A stretch of DNA of 64,000 bases from an uncultured Candidatus Saccharibacteria bacterium (GTDB lineage Bacteria; Patescibacteriota; Minisyncoccia; Phycocordibacterales; UBA1006). This document shows positions 27,472 to 36,090 of this stretch, piece by piece; position 1 is the stretch's first letter, and the number at the start of each line of letters is the position of its first letter. Location of the stretch: contig CAZQDL010000002.1 of the NCBI GenBank assembly GCA_964592365.1, forward strand, positions 86,139-150,138. The letters run 5' to 3'. Made by a program: the position numbers and the translations under genes. Below the pieces are notes generated by a model, which saw only the letters and a list, made by a program, of their open reading frames with translations, was not told the origin of the DNA and did not search any database.

Positions 27472-29916
27472 ATGAGTTTTTTACAAAAAATATTTGGAGA
27501 TGAAGGATCAAAAATCCTCAAAAGATTAGAAAAGAGAGTACATGAAATTAATGCTCTTGAATCACGAATCGAAGCATTGACTGACGAAGAACTTGCTCTT
27601 CAGACTTTAGTGTTTAAAGATCAACTAAAGCAGGGGAGTACTCTTGATGATATTCTTCCTGAAGCATTTGCAACGGTACGTGAAGTTGCAAAAAGAACCT
27701 TAGGTCAACGTCACTATGACGTACAACTTATCGGTGGAATGGTACTTCACGAAGGACTGATTGCTGAAATGAGAACTGGAGAAGGAAAAACTCTGGTTTC
27801 AACACTTCCGGTATATCTTAATGCTCTTGAAGGAAAAGGTGTTCATGTTGTTACCGTAAATGACTATCTTTCACGACGTGATGCTCAGTGGATGGGGCAA
27901 ATTTTTGCCTTTCTTGGTCTTTCTGTTGGAGTGGTGAATGACCAGAACAAGTCATATTTATATGATTCAGGTCACCAAGAAGTTGATGAAGAACGTGATG
28001 AAATAGGTTCATATCATATCTTCTATGAATTCCTTAAACCATCGACACGAAAACAGGCATATGATGCAGATATTACCTATGGAACTAATAACCAGTTTGG
28101 TTTTGATTACCTACGAGATCACACAACACAACGAGTTGATCAGGTAGTTCAACGTGGGCATCACTATGTTGTAATTGATGAGGTGGATTCAATCCTTATC
28201 GACGAAGCAAGAGTTCCTTTAATTCTCTCAACAGCAAGTGACAATCCTGCATCGCTATATACAACTATGGATACCATTGCAAGAACCTTGCAAGAGGGTA
28301 GTGACTATGAGCTTGATGAAAAATTGAAAGCAGTTTCACTTACCGACATGGGTATATCAAAAGCTGAAAAGGCATTGAATATTGATAATATGTATACCCA
28401 AGAACATATTAACTTAGTGCATCATCTTGAAACAGCTGTTCGTGCTCATGCTGTATTTCAACGTGACCGTGATTATGTAATTCAGAAAAATGAAGTACTT
28501 ATCGTTGATCAGTTCACTGGACGTTTACAAGAAGGACGACGATATAGTGATGGTCTTCATCAGGCACTTGAAGCAAAGGAACGAGTACCGATTCAACAAG
28601 AATCTAAGACTCTTGCTTCAATTACCTATCAAAACTATTTTAAATTCTATACCAAGATTTCTGGAATGACCGGAACAGGAAAGACTTCAGAAGAAGAATT
28701 TCAAAAGGTATATGGTCTTGACGTTGTAGTTATCCCAACAAACCGTCCAATTGCTCGTATTGATCAGGTTGATTTAATCTATCAAAATGAAAAAGCAAAA
28801 TTCAAGGCGATTGCAAGAAAAATTAAAGAGAAACAAAAAGAAGGTCAACCAGTACTTGTAGGTACTGTATCTGTTGAAAAGAATGAATTGCTTTCAGCAT
28901 ATCTAAAACAGGAAGGAGTTCCTCATAAAATGTTGAACGCAAAGAACCATGAGCAGGAAGGAGAAATTATCGCTCAAGCTGGAAAACCAGGATCTGTAGT
29001 AATTGCAACAAACATGGCAGGACGAGGAGTTGATATAAAGCTTGGAGGAAATCCATGTACCAAAGAAGAACAACAGGTAAAGGATTTAGGAGGATTGTTT
29101 GTATTAGGTACTGAACGTCATGATGCTCGAAGAATTGATGATCAGCTAAGAGGTCGTGCTGGACGACAAGGAGATCCAGGAGAAACTCAGTTCTTTGTTT
29201 CTATGGATGATCCAATTATGAAAATATTTGGAGGTGACAAGATAAAGACAATAGTTTCTGCATTAGGGCTAGCTGATGATGAAGCTATTCAAAACAAAAC
29301 TATTTCAAAGCAACTACAAGGAGCTCAGGAAAAAGTAGAAGGATTCCATTTTGATGGAAGAAAGTCTACTCTTGATTATGATAACGTGTTGTCATACCAA
29401 AGAAACACCGTGTATGAACGACGACAAAAGATTCTTTTTGGTGATGAAGCATACTTGAAAACTATTGAAGATCGAATTGCAAATTCAGGCACTGAACTAC
29501 AAGAATTAATTGAAAAGAAACGTGCATCAGCAAATAGGGAAGACTATGTGGAAGCTCTAAGACGTATTTCACTATATGTAAATGATATGCTTTGGATGCA
29601 ACATCTTCAGGTGATGGACTACACTCGATCATCAGTAACTCTTCGAGCATATGGTCAGCGTGAACCACTCGTTGAATACAAAAAAGAAGGTTTACGACTA
29701 TTCAATGAAATGCAACAGGCTTTCGATATAAAGGTTGCTGAAATGATGTCCCGAGTTGATATACAAGCGATGCTTGGTGAACCAAAACAAGAGACGGCTA
29801 CTCCTGAATTATTTAAAGATGAGGATAGTGTAGAGATAATAAAAAATGGAGAAGTAAGAAAGGTAAAGAAAAAGAAACTTTCAAACTATATTGATGCAGG
29901 ATGGAAAGAGAGATAA
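27472..29916 (+). CDS. secA: preprotein translocase ATPase SecA
   Basis: MSFLQKIFGDEGSKILKRLEK..., DEAD-like motor domains. Start at ATG 27472, 7 nt after TGTGATACACT. Confidence 0.95.
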   Translation: MSFLQKIFGDEGSKILKRLEKRVHEINALESRIEALTDEELALQTLVFKDQLKQGSTLDDILPEAFATVREVAKRTLGQRHYDVQLIGGMVLHEGLIAEMRTGEGKTLVSTLPVYLNALEGKGVHVVTVNDYLSRRDAQWMGQIFAFLGLSVGVVNDQNKSYLYDSGHQEVDEERDEIGSYHIFYEFLKPSTRKQAYDADITYGTNNQFGFDYLRDHTTQRVDQVVQRGHHYVVIDEVDSILIDEARVPLILSTASDNPASLYTTMDTIARTLQEGSDYELDEKLKAVSLTDMGISKAEKALNIDNMYTQEHINLVHHLETAVRAHAVFQRDRDYVIQKNEVLIVDQFTGRLQEGRRYSDGLHQALEAKERVPIQQESKTLASITYQNYFKFYTKISGMTGTGKTSEEEFQKVYGLDVVVIPTNRPIARIDQVDLIYQNEKAKFKAIARKIKEKQKEGQPVLVGTVSVEKNELLSAYLKQEGVPHKMLNAKNHEQEGEIIAQAGKPGSVVIATNMAGRGVDIKLGGNPCTKEEQQVKDLGGLFVLGTERHDARRIDDQLRGRAGRQGDPGETQFFVSMDDPIMKIFGGDKIKTIVSALGLADDEAIQNKTISKQLQGAQEKVEGFHFDGRKSTLDYDNVLSYQRNTVYERRQKILFGDEAYLKTIEDRIANSGTELQELIEKKRASANREDYVEALRRISLYVNDMLWMQHLQVMDYTRSSVTLRAYGQREPLVEYKKEGLRLFNEMQQAFDIKVAEMMSRVDIQAMLGEPKQETATPELFKDEDSVEIIKNGEVRKVKKKKLSNYIDAGWKER

Positions 29917-29938
29917 AAAACACCACACGGTGTTTTTT
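29915..29938 (+). terminator. terminator after secA (aaaaaacacc acac ggtgtttttt)
   Basis: Read directly. Confidence 0.7.
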
Positions 29939-29941
29939 ATA

Positions 29942-29950
29942 TGATATAAT
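29942..29950 (+). promoter_or_regulatory. extended -10 TGATATAAT 9 nt upstream of pilin-2 ATG
   Basis: Same element as at 23897 and 41816. Confidence 0.55.
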
Positions 29951-29959
29951 TCATTGTAT

Positions 29960-30430
29960 ATGAAGAATAAAGGATTCACCTTAATTGAATTACTTGTAGT
30001 TGTTGCCATTATCGGAATACTCGCAACGGTGGTATTAGCATCACTTGGAAGTGCAAGAACAAGAGCTCGAGATGCAGCAATCAAATCATCACTATCAAGT
30101 ATGAGAACTCAAGCTGAGTTACAGTATCTTGTAGCAAATAACTATAATGATATTTGTGATTTAGAATCACAAACTGGAAAAATATTTAGAGATGCTTTTT
30201 CAAAAGCAGGAGTTGGTTCTTCAAGTAATGCTTGTAGAGATAGTAACGGGACCTTTAGTGGAAACACTGGAGGAACACTTATCTCAAGCGCACCGGTGTT
30301 TCCAGATGCATGGAAAGTTCGAATTAAGCTAAATGCAGGAGATTGGATCTGTTTAGATAGTACAGGTTCATTGGTTGAAGTTACGACAGCCCCATCATAC
30401 GATACGGGAAATTCTGACTGTACTACATAA
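29960..30430 (+). CDS. type IV pilin-like protein, paralog 2
   Basis: [39 protein letters not shown]; closest to paralog 1 (…[25 protein letters not shown]…). ORF track start 29954 is TTG; ATG at 29960. Confidence 0.85.
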   Translation: MKNKGFTLIELLVVVAIIGILATVVLASLGSARTRARDAAIKSSLSSMRTQAELQYLVANNYNDICDLESQTGKIFRDAFSKAGVGSSSNACRDSNGTFSGNTGGTLISSAPVFPDAWKVRIKLNAGDWICLDSTGSLVEVTTAPSYDTGNSDCTT

Positions 30431-30458
30431 AGAAAACGAGCATACGCTCGTTTTCTTT
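30431..30458. terminator. bidirectional terminator (gaaaacgagc atac gctcgttttc)
   Basis: Read directly. Confidence 0.7.
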
Positions 30459-30828
30459 ATTTCCCAAAACAACAATTTTTACAAGACTTAGAATCACAAA
30501 CTCCTTCACATGAACGTAAGTAAATTACGAGAGAAAGAATTGCAACAATAAGTGCTAAGATGTTAAATCCAACAAGAATGAGTGCCCCAATCATATTTGC
30601 AAGAAGTAGTGCTGATGCAATCTTTTCTGTTTTTTTACAAAACAGCATGGTTACAAGGAGCACTTGAGCAATACCTAAAACCATTCTACTTTCATCAGGC
30701 ATACCAAACATATTAAGTTGATTAAAAAGTTCTACTGACATGTCTGCCCCTGATATTTTTCCAAAAGCTGACATAAGTACAATAACTGCTACCACAACAT
30801 GTGGTAAATAACATAGGTATTTTTTCAT
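30457..30828 (-). CDS. DoxX-like small multi-pass membrane protein with Cys-rich C-terminus (CEGVCDSKSCKNCC)
   Basis: Four hydrophobic helices typical of DoxX/SURF4-like proteins; likely ATG at 30828 (MKKYLCYL). Confidence 0.4.
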   Translation of the reverse strand: MKKYLCYLPHVVVAVIVLMSAFGKISGADMSVELFNQLNMFGMPDESRMVLGIAQVLLVTMLFCKKTEKIASALLLANMIGALILVGFNILALIVAILSLVIYLRSCEGVCDSKSCKNCCFGK

Positions 30829-30942
30829 GATATTAAATATAAATTTGATTAATATAAATATCATATCATTGAATAATTATTTTCAATTATTGCTCTTTGT
30901 ATTTTATATTGTATTGTTTGATAAAACATTAAAAAAATATAT

Positions 30943-31890
30943 ATGGTACAGATAATAGTTATACTCGTTATCATTTGGTTTCTTCAAATGTTAAGAGATC
31001 TAAGAAAGATGTGGATACGATTAGATTCTCACGCTCGCATTGAAAAAAAATTTGAAATTCTTGTTAATCAGAAATTACTGACCCGTAAGAGAAATTCAAT
31101 TTTCAATTTCTATGGTGAGATTGGATCAAAAAATCCACAAAAGGTAGTACTTCTTCAATCTGGAGTTCATGGTGGACTTGAACTTTTTGCTATTGAAGTG
31201 TTGCTCGATAAGATTGCTAAATTAGATTTAGAAATGTTAGAAGAAAAAAGAATTAAGGTGATTGTTATCCCAATTGTTAATCAATATGGGTTTGATAATT
31301 CAAAACGAACTAATGAGAATGGGGTAGATTTGGCTCGTAATAGTGGATATATAACCACACACCTTAATAAAATTCCTTTTGTGGTTGGCTGGTCCTTCTA
31401 CAATATCTTCATGATTATTCCTGTTTTGTTAACAGGGAAGACTTGGTACAACAAAGGTTTCAATCTACAAAGAGAAACTGATACCTTAATGAGATTGTAT
31501 AGAAAGAATCTAAGGAAGTATAAAGATAATTTCTTTTGCTTTGATTTCCATACAGGAAATACTTCAGGAGAAAGTAGATTGTTCTTTCAAGAATTGTACA
31601 AGCAACCACATGTTTCATTCATCAATACCTTATGCTCAGAAACATCTATGCATATAGAAATGATTGATTATGGAACTGATGGTGGTTTCTTTGAAAAAGT
31701 TGCGCTTGATACGGGTATAAATTTTAATGCCTTTACTGTGGAATTAGCAGTAATTGCAAAATATACTCATAAAAAGTATGTCATGAGATACTTTTTCCAT
31801 ACAGTTTTTGAACCTACTGAAAAAGAGTATGAACAACAGAAAAAAGAAGCTGATAAAGAGATAGATAATATCTTTTCATCAGTTATATAA
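30943..31890 (+). CDS. M14-like zinc carboxypeptidase / AstE-AspA (succinylglutamate desuccinylase) superfamily protein
   Basis: VHGGLE (HxxE zinc site), ...GVDLARN (DLNR-like arginine motif), FDFHTG (second His) in the order expected for this fold. Confidence 0.5.
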   Translation: MVQIIVILVIIWFLQMLRDLRKMWIRLDSHARIEKKFEILVNQKLLTRKRNSIFNFYGEIGSKNPQKVVLLQSGVHGGLELFAIEVLLDKIAKLDLEMLEEKRIKVIVIPIVNQYGFDNSKRTNENGVDLARNSGYITTHLNKIPFVVGWSFYNIFMIIPVLLTGKTWYNKGFNLQRETDTLMRLYRKNLRKYKDNFFCFDFHTGNTSGESRLFFQELYKQPHVSFINTLCSETSMHIEMIDYGTDGGFFEKVALDTGINFNAFTVELAVIAKYTHKKYVMRYFFHTVFEPTEKEYEQQKKEADKEIDNIFSSVI

Positions 31891-31918
31891 AATACAGAAA
31901 TATTTCTGTATTTTTTGT
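31891..31918 (+). terminator. terminator (atacagaaa tat ttctgtat + T-run)
   Basis: Read directly. Confidence 0.65.
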
Positions 31919-31945
31919 TTACAGCATAGTAATTTAAGCTATGAT
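31918..31945 (+). promoter_or_regulatory. promoter for tmRNA (TTTACA-N16-TATGAT)
   Basis: -10 ends ~9 nt before the mature GGGG 5' end. Confidence 0.5.
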
Positions 31946-31954
31946 ACAAGGTAT

Positions 31955-32330
31955 GGGGATGATCGGCTTCGAAAGAAAGCATCATAACCCTGTTGCATAC
32001 CTGGTTGGTAGTGAACCAGTCAAAAGACTACGGCTCATAGATGCAGAAAATTCTATTGCTTCTCCTTACTTTAAGGGAAGCCTTGCATACGCATAACAAA
32101 CCTTGCAGCAAGTGCACCTCAGTACATTGTTCAGTAGTATTGCCGGTGTATCATAATCATTGAACTAGGGAAGAGAAATTGTTTCGATCTTTTCTTGAAT
32201 TAAAGAAACTCGAGGGTAGTACGCTTATGCTTATTTTTTAGTACTATTCTTTAACAACATAAGATAAGCTAAGTATGTAGATATAGGCTTGTGACCTTAC
32301 TTCACGCGGGTTCGATTCCCGCCATCTCCA
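31955..32330 (+). ncRNA. ssrA: tmRNA (transfer-messenger RNA)
   Basis: 5' end GGGGAUGAUCGGCUUCGAAAG (acceptor 5' strand + D-analogue UUCGA). 3' end GCGGG-UUCGAUU-CCCGC-CAUCUCC-A (T-arm + acceptor pairing to 5' GGGGAUG with one G-U); CCA not encoded. Internal candidate tag frame gca gaa aat tct att gct tct cct tac ttt aag gga agc ctt gca tac gca TAA (…SPYFKGSLAYA*). ~376 nt. Confidence 0.8.
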
Positions 32331-32336
32331 CATAGT

Positions 32337-32358
32337 CGGAACCACTTTCGAGTGGTTT
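32337..32358 (+). terminator. terminator after tmRNA (aaccact ttcg agtggtt + T-run)
   Basis: Read directly. Confidence 0.65.
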
Positions 32359-32490
32359 TTCTATTACGTTGAAAATACTGACGATTTCACTGATTTGAGC
32401 GTTTTTCAACTAAAATCATTTACCTCTAAAGTATTGACTTTAATGTATATTTATAGTATTGTTTTTTAAAACAATTTAAAAACTATAAAT

Positions 32491-32949
32491 ATGATAAAAC
32501 AAGGTCTAAAAGTTTATCCTGCTGAACCCTACGAGTACGGCAGAATGGGAACCTTTGGAAAAGCAAGTAATATGCTAATTAAACAGTATTGTTTTCCAGA
32601 CACTTATGATGAAAAAGATCAAATCCTTAGAGCAGATCATGACAGATGCAAACAATGGGATTATGAACACGCAACTGGATGTATTAAAAAGCATACTGGT
32701 TGGGGTGAAATGGGTATAGGTGGTTGGGTTGAAAAATCAAATCACGAGAAAGTTTTTGCCTTTTTGAAGGATATTCTTAAAGCAGACGAAAAAGTAGTCT
32801 GGACAGGGTATAGAGTAACAGGGTCAGTAAACCGTTCAAATGGTTATCCAGTATTTAGTTTAGAGCTTTTCTCTAAACATCCAGAATCCGATACGAAAGT
32901 ATATTCAAGAGTAACAGCACCAAATGTTTTACCAGGACCAAGAAATTAA
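32491..32949 (+). CDS. hypothetical protein
   Basis: 152 aa, no recognisable motif; first gene of a block of uncharacterised genes between ssrA and smpB. Confidence 0.4.
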   Translation: MIKQGLKVYPAEPYEYGRMGTFGKASNMLIKQYCFPDTYDEKDQILRADHDRCKQWDYEHATGCIKKHTGWGEMGIGGWVEKSNHEKVFAFLKDILKADEKVVWTGYRVTGSVNRSNGYPVFSLELFSKHPESDTKVYSRVTAPNVLPGPRN

Positions 32950-32961
32950 AGAAATCAATAA

Positions 32962-33000
32962 GCCAGATAATATATTAGATATGTTATCTGGTCTTTTTAT
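32962..33000 (+). terminator. terminator (ccagataa...ttatctgg + T-run)
   Basis: 8-bp stem with 13-nt loop then ttttt. Confidence 0.55.
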
Positions 33001-33269
33001 ATACAATTGACTTTATATAATTTTGTTGTATTATAAAAAACAAATAAGGTCGGAATATTTCTGATAAATAATAACAAAAAAATAAAGGAACCTGATGAAA
33101 AAAAATGGAATCATAGGCGTTTTCATTTGCTCTAAGAGAAAATGATGAACCAAACCCATGTAATTTTAGACTAGTTGAAGAGGTTATTCGGATCGCGGAA
33201 GAAGAAAAAGAAAATGGGAATACCGTAGAAATCATCGCACAGTGGGAAATAACCAAGGCTCTTAAAACA

Positions 33270-33578
33270 ATGAACTATCCTGTTTCACTGAGTGTCGAGA
33301 GATTACCAAATGAATATTCGGATAGTGAAGATGTAATGATTGCTGCAAAAGTATTACTTGAGAAACAAGGAATAGGGGAAGTAATACCTGTTGCTCAATC
33401 TTTTCTACATATTATAAAATGTAGAAAGTTGATAAAAAACTCTGGTTTTATTATTTCAAACAAACCTATAAAGAAGATTGGTTTTGATTCCAAATCTGAT
33501 CAGCAATGGACACGAAGTCCTTTAAGACTGGTAGTTTATGCAATCAAACAAGCTCTTCTTGGAAGTAAAGGAAATTAA
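33270..33578 (+). CDS. hypothetical protein
   Basis: 102 aa; preceded by a TTGACT..TATTAT promoter and a ~230-nt leader containing a 16-codon mini-ORF (MKKNGIIGVFICSKRK). Confidence 0.35.
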   Translation: MNYPVSLSVERLPNEYSDSEDVMIAAKVLLEKQGIGEVIPVAQSFLHIIKCRKLIKNSGFIISNKPIKKIGFDSKSDQQWTRSPLRLVVYAIKQALLGSKGN

Positions 33579-33587
33579 TTTCCTTAC

Positions 33588-33621
33588 AAAGACTCTAACG
33601 TTATTGTGTAGAGTCTTTTTA
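33588..33621 (+). terminator. terminator (aagactcta...tagagtctt + T-run)
   Basis: Read directly. Confidence 0.6.
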
Positions 33622-33701
33622 TATATAAAGAGAACATATCTCTCTATCTTTTGTTTCTAAAAATTCATGGTATAGTTTCCTAAACTTAAAACTACATTTG
33701 T

Positions 33702-34205
33702 ATGGGAATAGTAGGAACTTTTAGAATTGAAATACCTAAAAATAATTTGCGCAATATGCAAGGAGGCACTTGTGGATACATATATTGTGAAAATTTTCGC
33801 TTAGGTAAAAATCTTTTATGTATACCTCTTTGTACTGAAGTATTCTATTCATTGGAAGACATGTATGAATTAAATTATGGAACCTACGTATCTGTGTATA
33901 AATTTGATGATGGTTTCAGTTCAGATTCTTTTGAAATTGATTTAACTGAAGATCCAAATTTTGATATCGAAGATTGGGAATTACTTCCAGAAAGTCTGCT
34001 TTTGCAGTATGCAAAGAGCAAAGATTGGATTGTATTTAAGAACCCTCCAATATTCTTAGATGAAATTGATAGTTTAGATGAATTAGATAAAGAAAGTCTT
34101 CAAGAACATGAAAATGCTAATATTGATGAAAACATCAAAGAAAAGTATGCCATGTCAGTTAGCCTTCAGAATTTAAATCAAGCTGAACTTCAAAAACTGC
34201 CTTAG
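33702..34205 (+). CDS. hypothetical protein; a UVR-like motif (EEENYNYAAKIRDALEHQKKKG) is encoded in the +1 frame just past the stop
   Basis: ORF ends ...NQAELQKLP*. Shifting +1 at the A5 run (caaaaac) gives LEEENYNYAAKIRDALEHQKKKG*, a good match to the second half of the UVR domain (..eeeF.eAA.lRDei..L). Confidence 0.4.
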   Translation: MGIVGTFRIEIPKNNLRNMQGGTCGYIYCENFRLGKNLLCIPLCTEVFYSLEDMYELNYGTYVSVYKFDDGFSSDSFEIDLTEDPNFDIEDWELLPESLLLQYAKSKDWIVFKNPPIFLDEIDSLDELDKESLQEHENANIDENIKEKYAMSVSLQNLNQAELQKLP

Positions 34206-34261
34206 AAGAAGAAAACTATAATTACGCGGCAAAAATTAGAGATGCTTTAGAACACCAAAAG

Positions 34262-34296
34262 AAAAAAGGTTGATATATATCAACCTTTTTATTTTT
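34262..34296 (+). terminator. terminator (aggttgatat atatcaacct + T-run)
   Basis: Read directly. Confidence 0.65.
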
Positions 34297-34581
34297 AGTA
34301 ATGTTTCCTTACAATCATCGTATTCACTTCCTTTTTCATGCAACTATATTCAAACCAAGGATTACCTTGATCATCTTCGGGTTCATGTTTTTCACCGCAG
34401 TTTTTGCAGGTTTGCATTTGTTTTTTCTTTCTTTTGAAAGGAGTAAGTACTTTTAATAGATTCATAATGTTGTATATGTTTTAGTTTCATAAAATATGCT
34501 ACCTTCGTATATTGAATTGTCAACATATCTTGTAAAATACAAAAAATGTTGTATAAATATAGAAACTAAAAACTAAATAAC

Positions 34582-35244
34582 ATGAAAGAACTAATAAAAA
34601 CAGTGGATTGGAACCTCAGTAAAACCAACAAAAAAAAGTTTATTGATGAGATCAGAGATGCTTTCCACAACATTGGGTGTGTTGCAATTATCAATCATCC
34701 GGTGAACATGGATAACATGAATGAAAACCAAGAATTTTTAAATGGTTTTTTGAATAATATTCGGGGACACTACACGGAAATCTCGATGCCTGGTAACCAA
34801 ATGCATTCGTTGTTCTTACAATTCCGTAGTATGTACATAGCTTTGTTAAAGCTATTAGCACAAAGCTTAGATTCAAAACCTACACATTTTGTTGAAAAAA
34901 TGAGTGATTATGATTTAACATACAGGTTTAGTGAACAGCCTATATCATGTGCTTCTTTGTTAACAATATTGTCTCCGAAATCTGAATTTCAGATATGGAA
35001 TAGAGAAAAATATGTTGATGTACAGTTAGAACCAAATGCAGTGCTTGTTTGTGTTGGTGAGATTCTTGAATATATAACTTCAGGATTCTATCAATCAGCA
35101 ATATATATAATTGATGATCAATTGGTTCAACAGTTTTCAGGGTTACTCAATCATGGAGCAAGCATCGAAACGTGTCCTAACTACCGCTGGTTAAATCAAA
35201 AATCAGTTGTATACAAAACAGTTGGCGATTTTTTAAAAAAGTGA
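34582..35244 (+). CDS. 2OG-Fe(II)-oxygenase-like fold protein with apparently degenerate iron-binding triad
   Basis: N-terminus FHNIGCVAIINHPVN resembles DIOX_N; C-terminal NAVLVCVGEILEYITSGFYQSAIYII parallels ..vvNiGD.le..TNG.ykS.lHRV, but the HxD and distal His positions are replaced (CAS / IYII). Confidence 0.3.
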   Translation: MKELIKTVDWNLSKTNKKKFIDEIRDAFHNIGCVAIINHPVNMDNMNENQEFLNGFLNNIRGHYTEISMPGNQMHSLFLQFRSMYIALLKLLAQSLDSKPTHFVEKMSDYDLTYRFSEQPISCASLLTILSPKSEFQIWNREKYVDVQLEPNAVLVCVGEILEYITSGFYQSAIYIIDDQLVQQFSGLLNHGASIETCPNYRWLNQKSVVYKTVGDFLKK

Positions 35245-35248
35245 ATAT

Positions 35249-35278
35249 TAAAAACAGTACTTCTTAGTACTGTTTTTC
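35249..35278 (+). terminator. terminator (aacagtact tct tagtactgtt + T-run)
   Basis: Read directly. Confidence 0.65.
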
Positions 35279-35305
35279 ATTTGCAAAATGTAATATAATC
35301 TAAGT

Positions 35306-35647
35306 ATGGAGGAAATAATTAAGGCAGATATATTTTTCTTCATTACTAGTATTAGCGTCATTATTTCAACCATACTTCTTTCAATATTTTCATACTATGG
35401 AATTAAAATTTTGAAAAAGTTTTCACAACTTGTTGACACCGTAGAAGAGGAAGTTGGTGAACTAGTTGAAGACTTCCAAGGAGTACGCAAGGATGCAACC
35501 GAAGAAGTTCATGAAATAATTAGCAGTATTGGAAATGGAAGAAAACATATTGAACAGCATATTGTTCAAACCAGTTGGCAGGAGATATTCGGAGCATTAT
35601 TTATCTCAGCTGCAAAGATTAAAAGATTAACATCAAAAAAGAAATAA
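35306..35647 (+). CDS. small membrane-anchored coiled-coil protein (DUF948-like)
   Basis: N-terminal TM helix then charged helical region; TGTAATATAAT 6 nt upstream of ATG. Confidence 0.4.
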   Translation: MEEIIKADIFFFITSISVIISTILLSIFSYYGIKILKKFSQLVDTVEEEVGELVEDFQGVRKDATEEVHEIISSIGNGRKHIEQHIVQTSWQEIFGALFISAAKIKRLTSKKK

Positions 35648-35648
35648 C

Positions 35649-36056
35649 ATGGAAAATAAAAAAGTATCACCAGCATTAGTAGCAGGAATTATCGCAGCAG
35701 GAGCAGTAGGGTATTTATTATTTGGACCACAGGGAAAAAAGAATCGTAAACAATTACAAGACTGGATGTATGATGCAAAAACTGACATTGTAAAACAAGC
35801 AAAGAAAGTAAAAGCAGCAACGAAAGAGGAATTTGGTTCAGTAATTGATGAGGTAATGAAGAAATATACTGAACTTAAGAAAGTAAGTAAAAAAGAAGTT
35901 CAAGATTTAAAGTCTGAACTTATGGGAAATTGGGATCAGCTTTCTTCACTTCTATCTCATGGAGAATACAAGGAAGTTAAAAAAGTTATCACCGCTAAAC
36001 CAAAAGCTGAAAAGAAAGTTGTAAAAAAGGCAGCGAAAGCAAAGAAGAATAAATAA
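35649..36056 (+). CDS. YtxH-like membrane protein (general-stress family), Lys-rich tail
   Basis: VAGIIAAGAVGYLLFGPQGKKNRKQL matches the YtxH domain (small-residue helix + LFAP.sG...R). Confidence 0.5.
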   Translation: MENKKVSPALVAGIIAAGAVGYLLFGPQGKKNRKQLQDWMYDAKTDIVKQAKKVKAATKEEFGSVIDEVMKKYTELKKVSKKEVQDLKSELMGNWDQLSSLLSHGEYKEVKKVITAKPKAEKKVVKKAAKAKKNK

Positions 36057-36057
36057 A

Positions 36058-36090
36058 AAAATAACAACCCGAAAGGGTTGTTATTTTTCT
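36058..36090. terminator. bidirectional terminator (aacaaccc gaaa gggttgtt + T-run); contains smpB stop codon
   Basis: Read directly. Confidence 0.7.

Noticed and set aside
32984-33256. 90-aa minus-strand ORF in the 32950..33269 intergenic leader
   Set aside because: No promoter geometry. It overlaps the terminator and promoter/leader of the plus-strand gene at 33270. The plus-strand interpretation (promoter, mini-ORF, leader) is more coherent.
34287-34460. 57-aa minus-strand ORF (MNLLKVLTPFKRKKKQMQTCKNCGEKHEPEDDQGNPWFEYSCMKKE…) with CxxC…H…C spacing
   Set aside because: Below the size cutoff and lacks the convincing -10 geometry seen for real genes (only a weak TATACA 5 nt upstream). Could be a zinc-ribbon mini-protein, but evidence is insufficient, so mentioned only here.
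32331-36080. Genomic island integrated at tmRNA
   Set aside because: No integrase/recombinase gene and no direct repeat of the tmRNA 3' end (…GGTTCGATTCCCGCCATCTCCA) was found downstream by eye. Kept only as an accessory-cluster hypothesis, not annotated as a mobile element.
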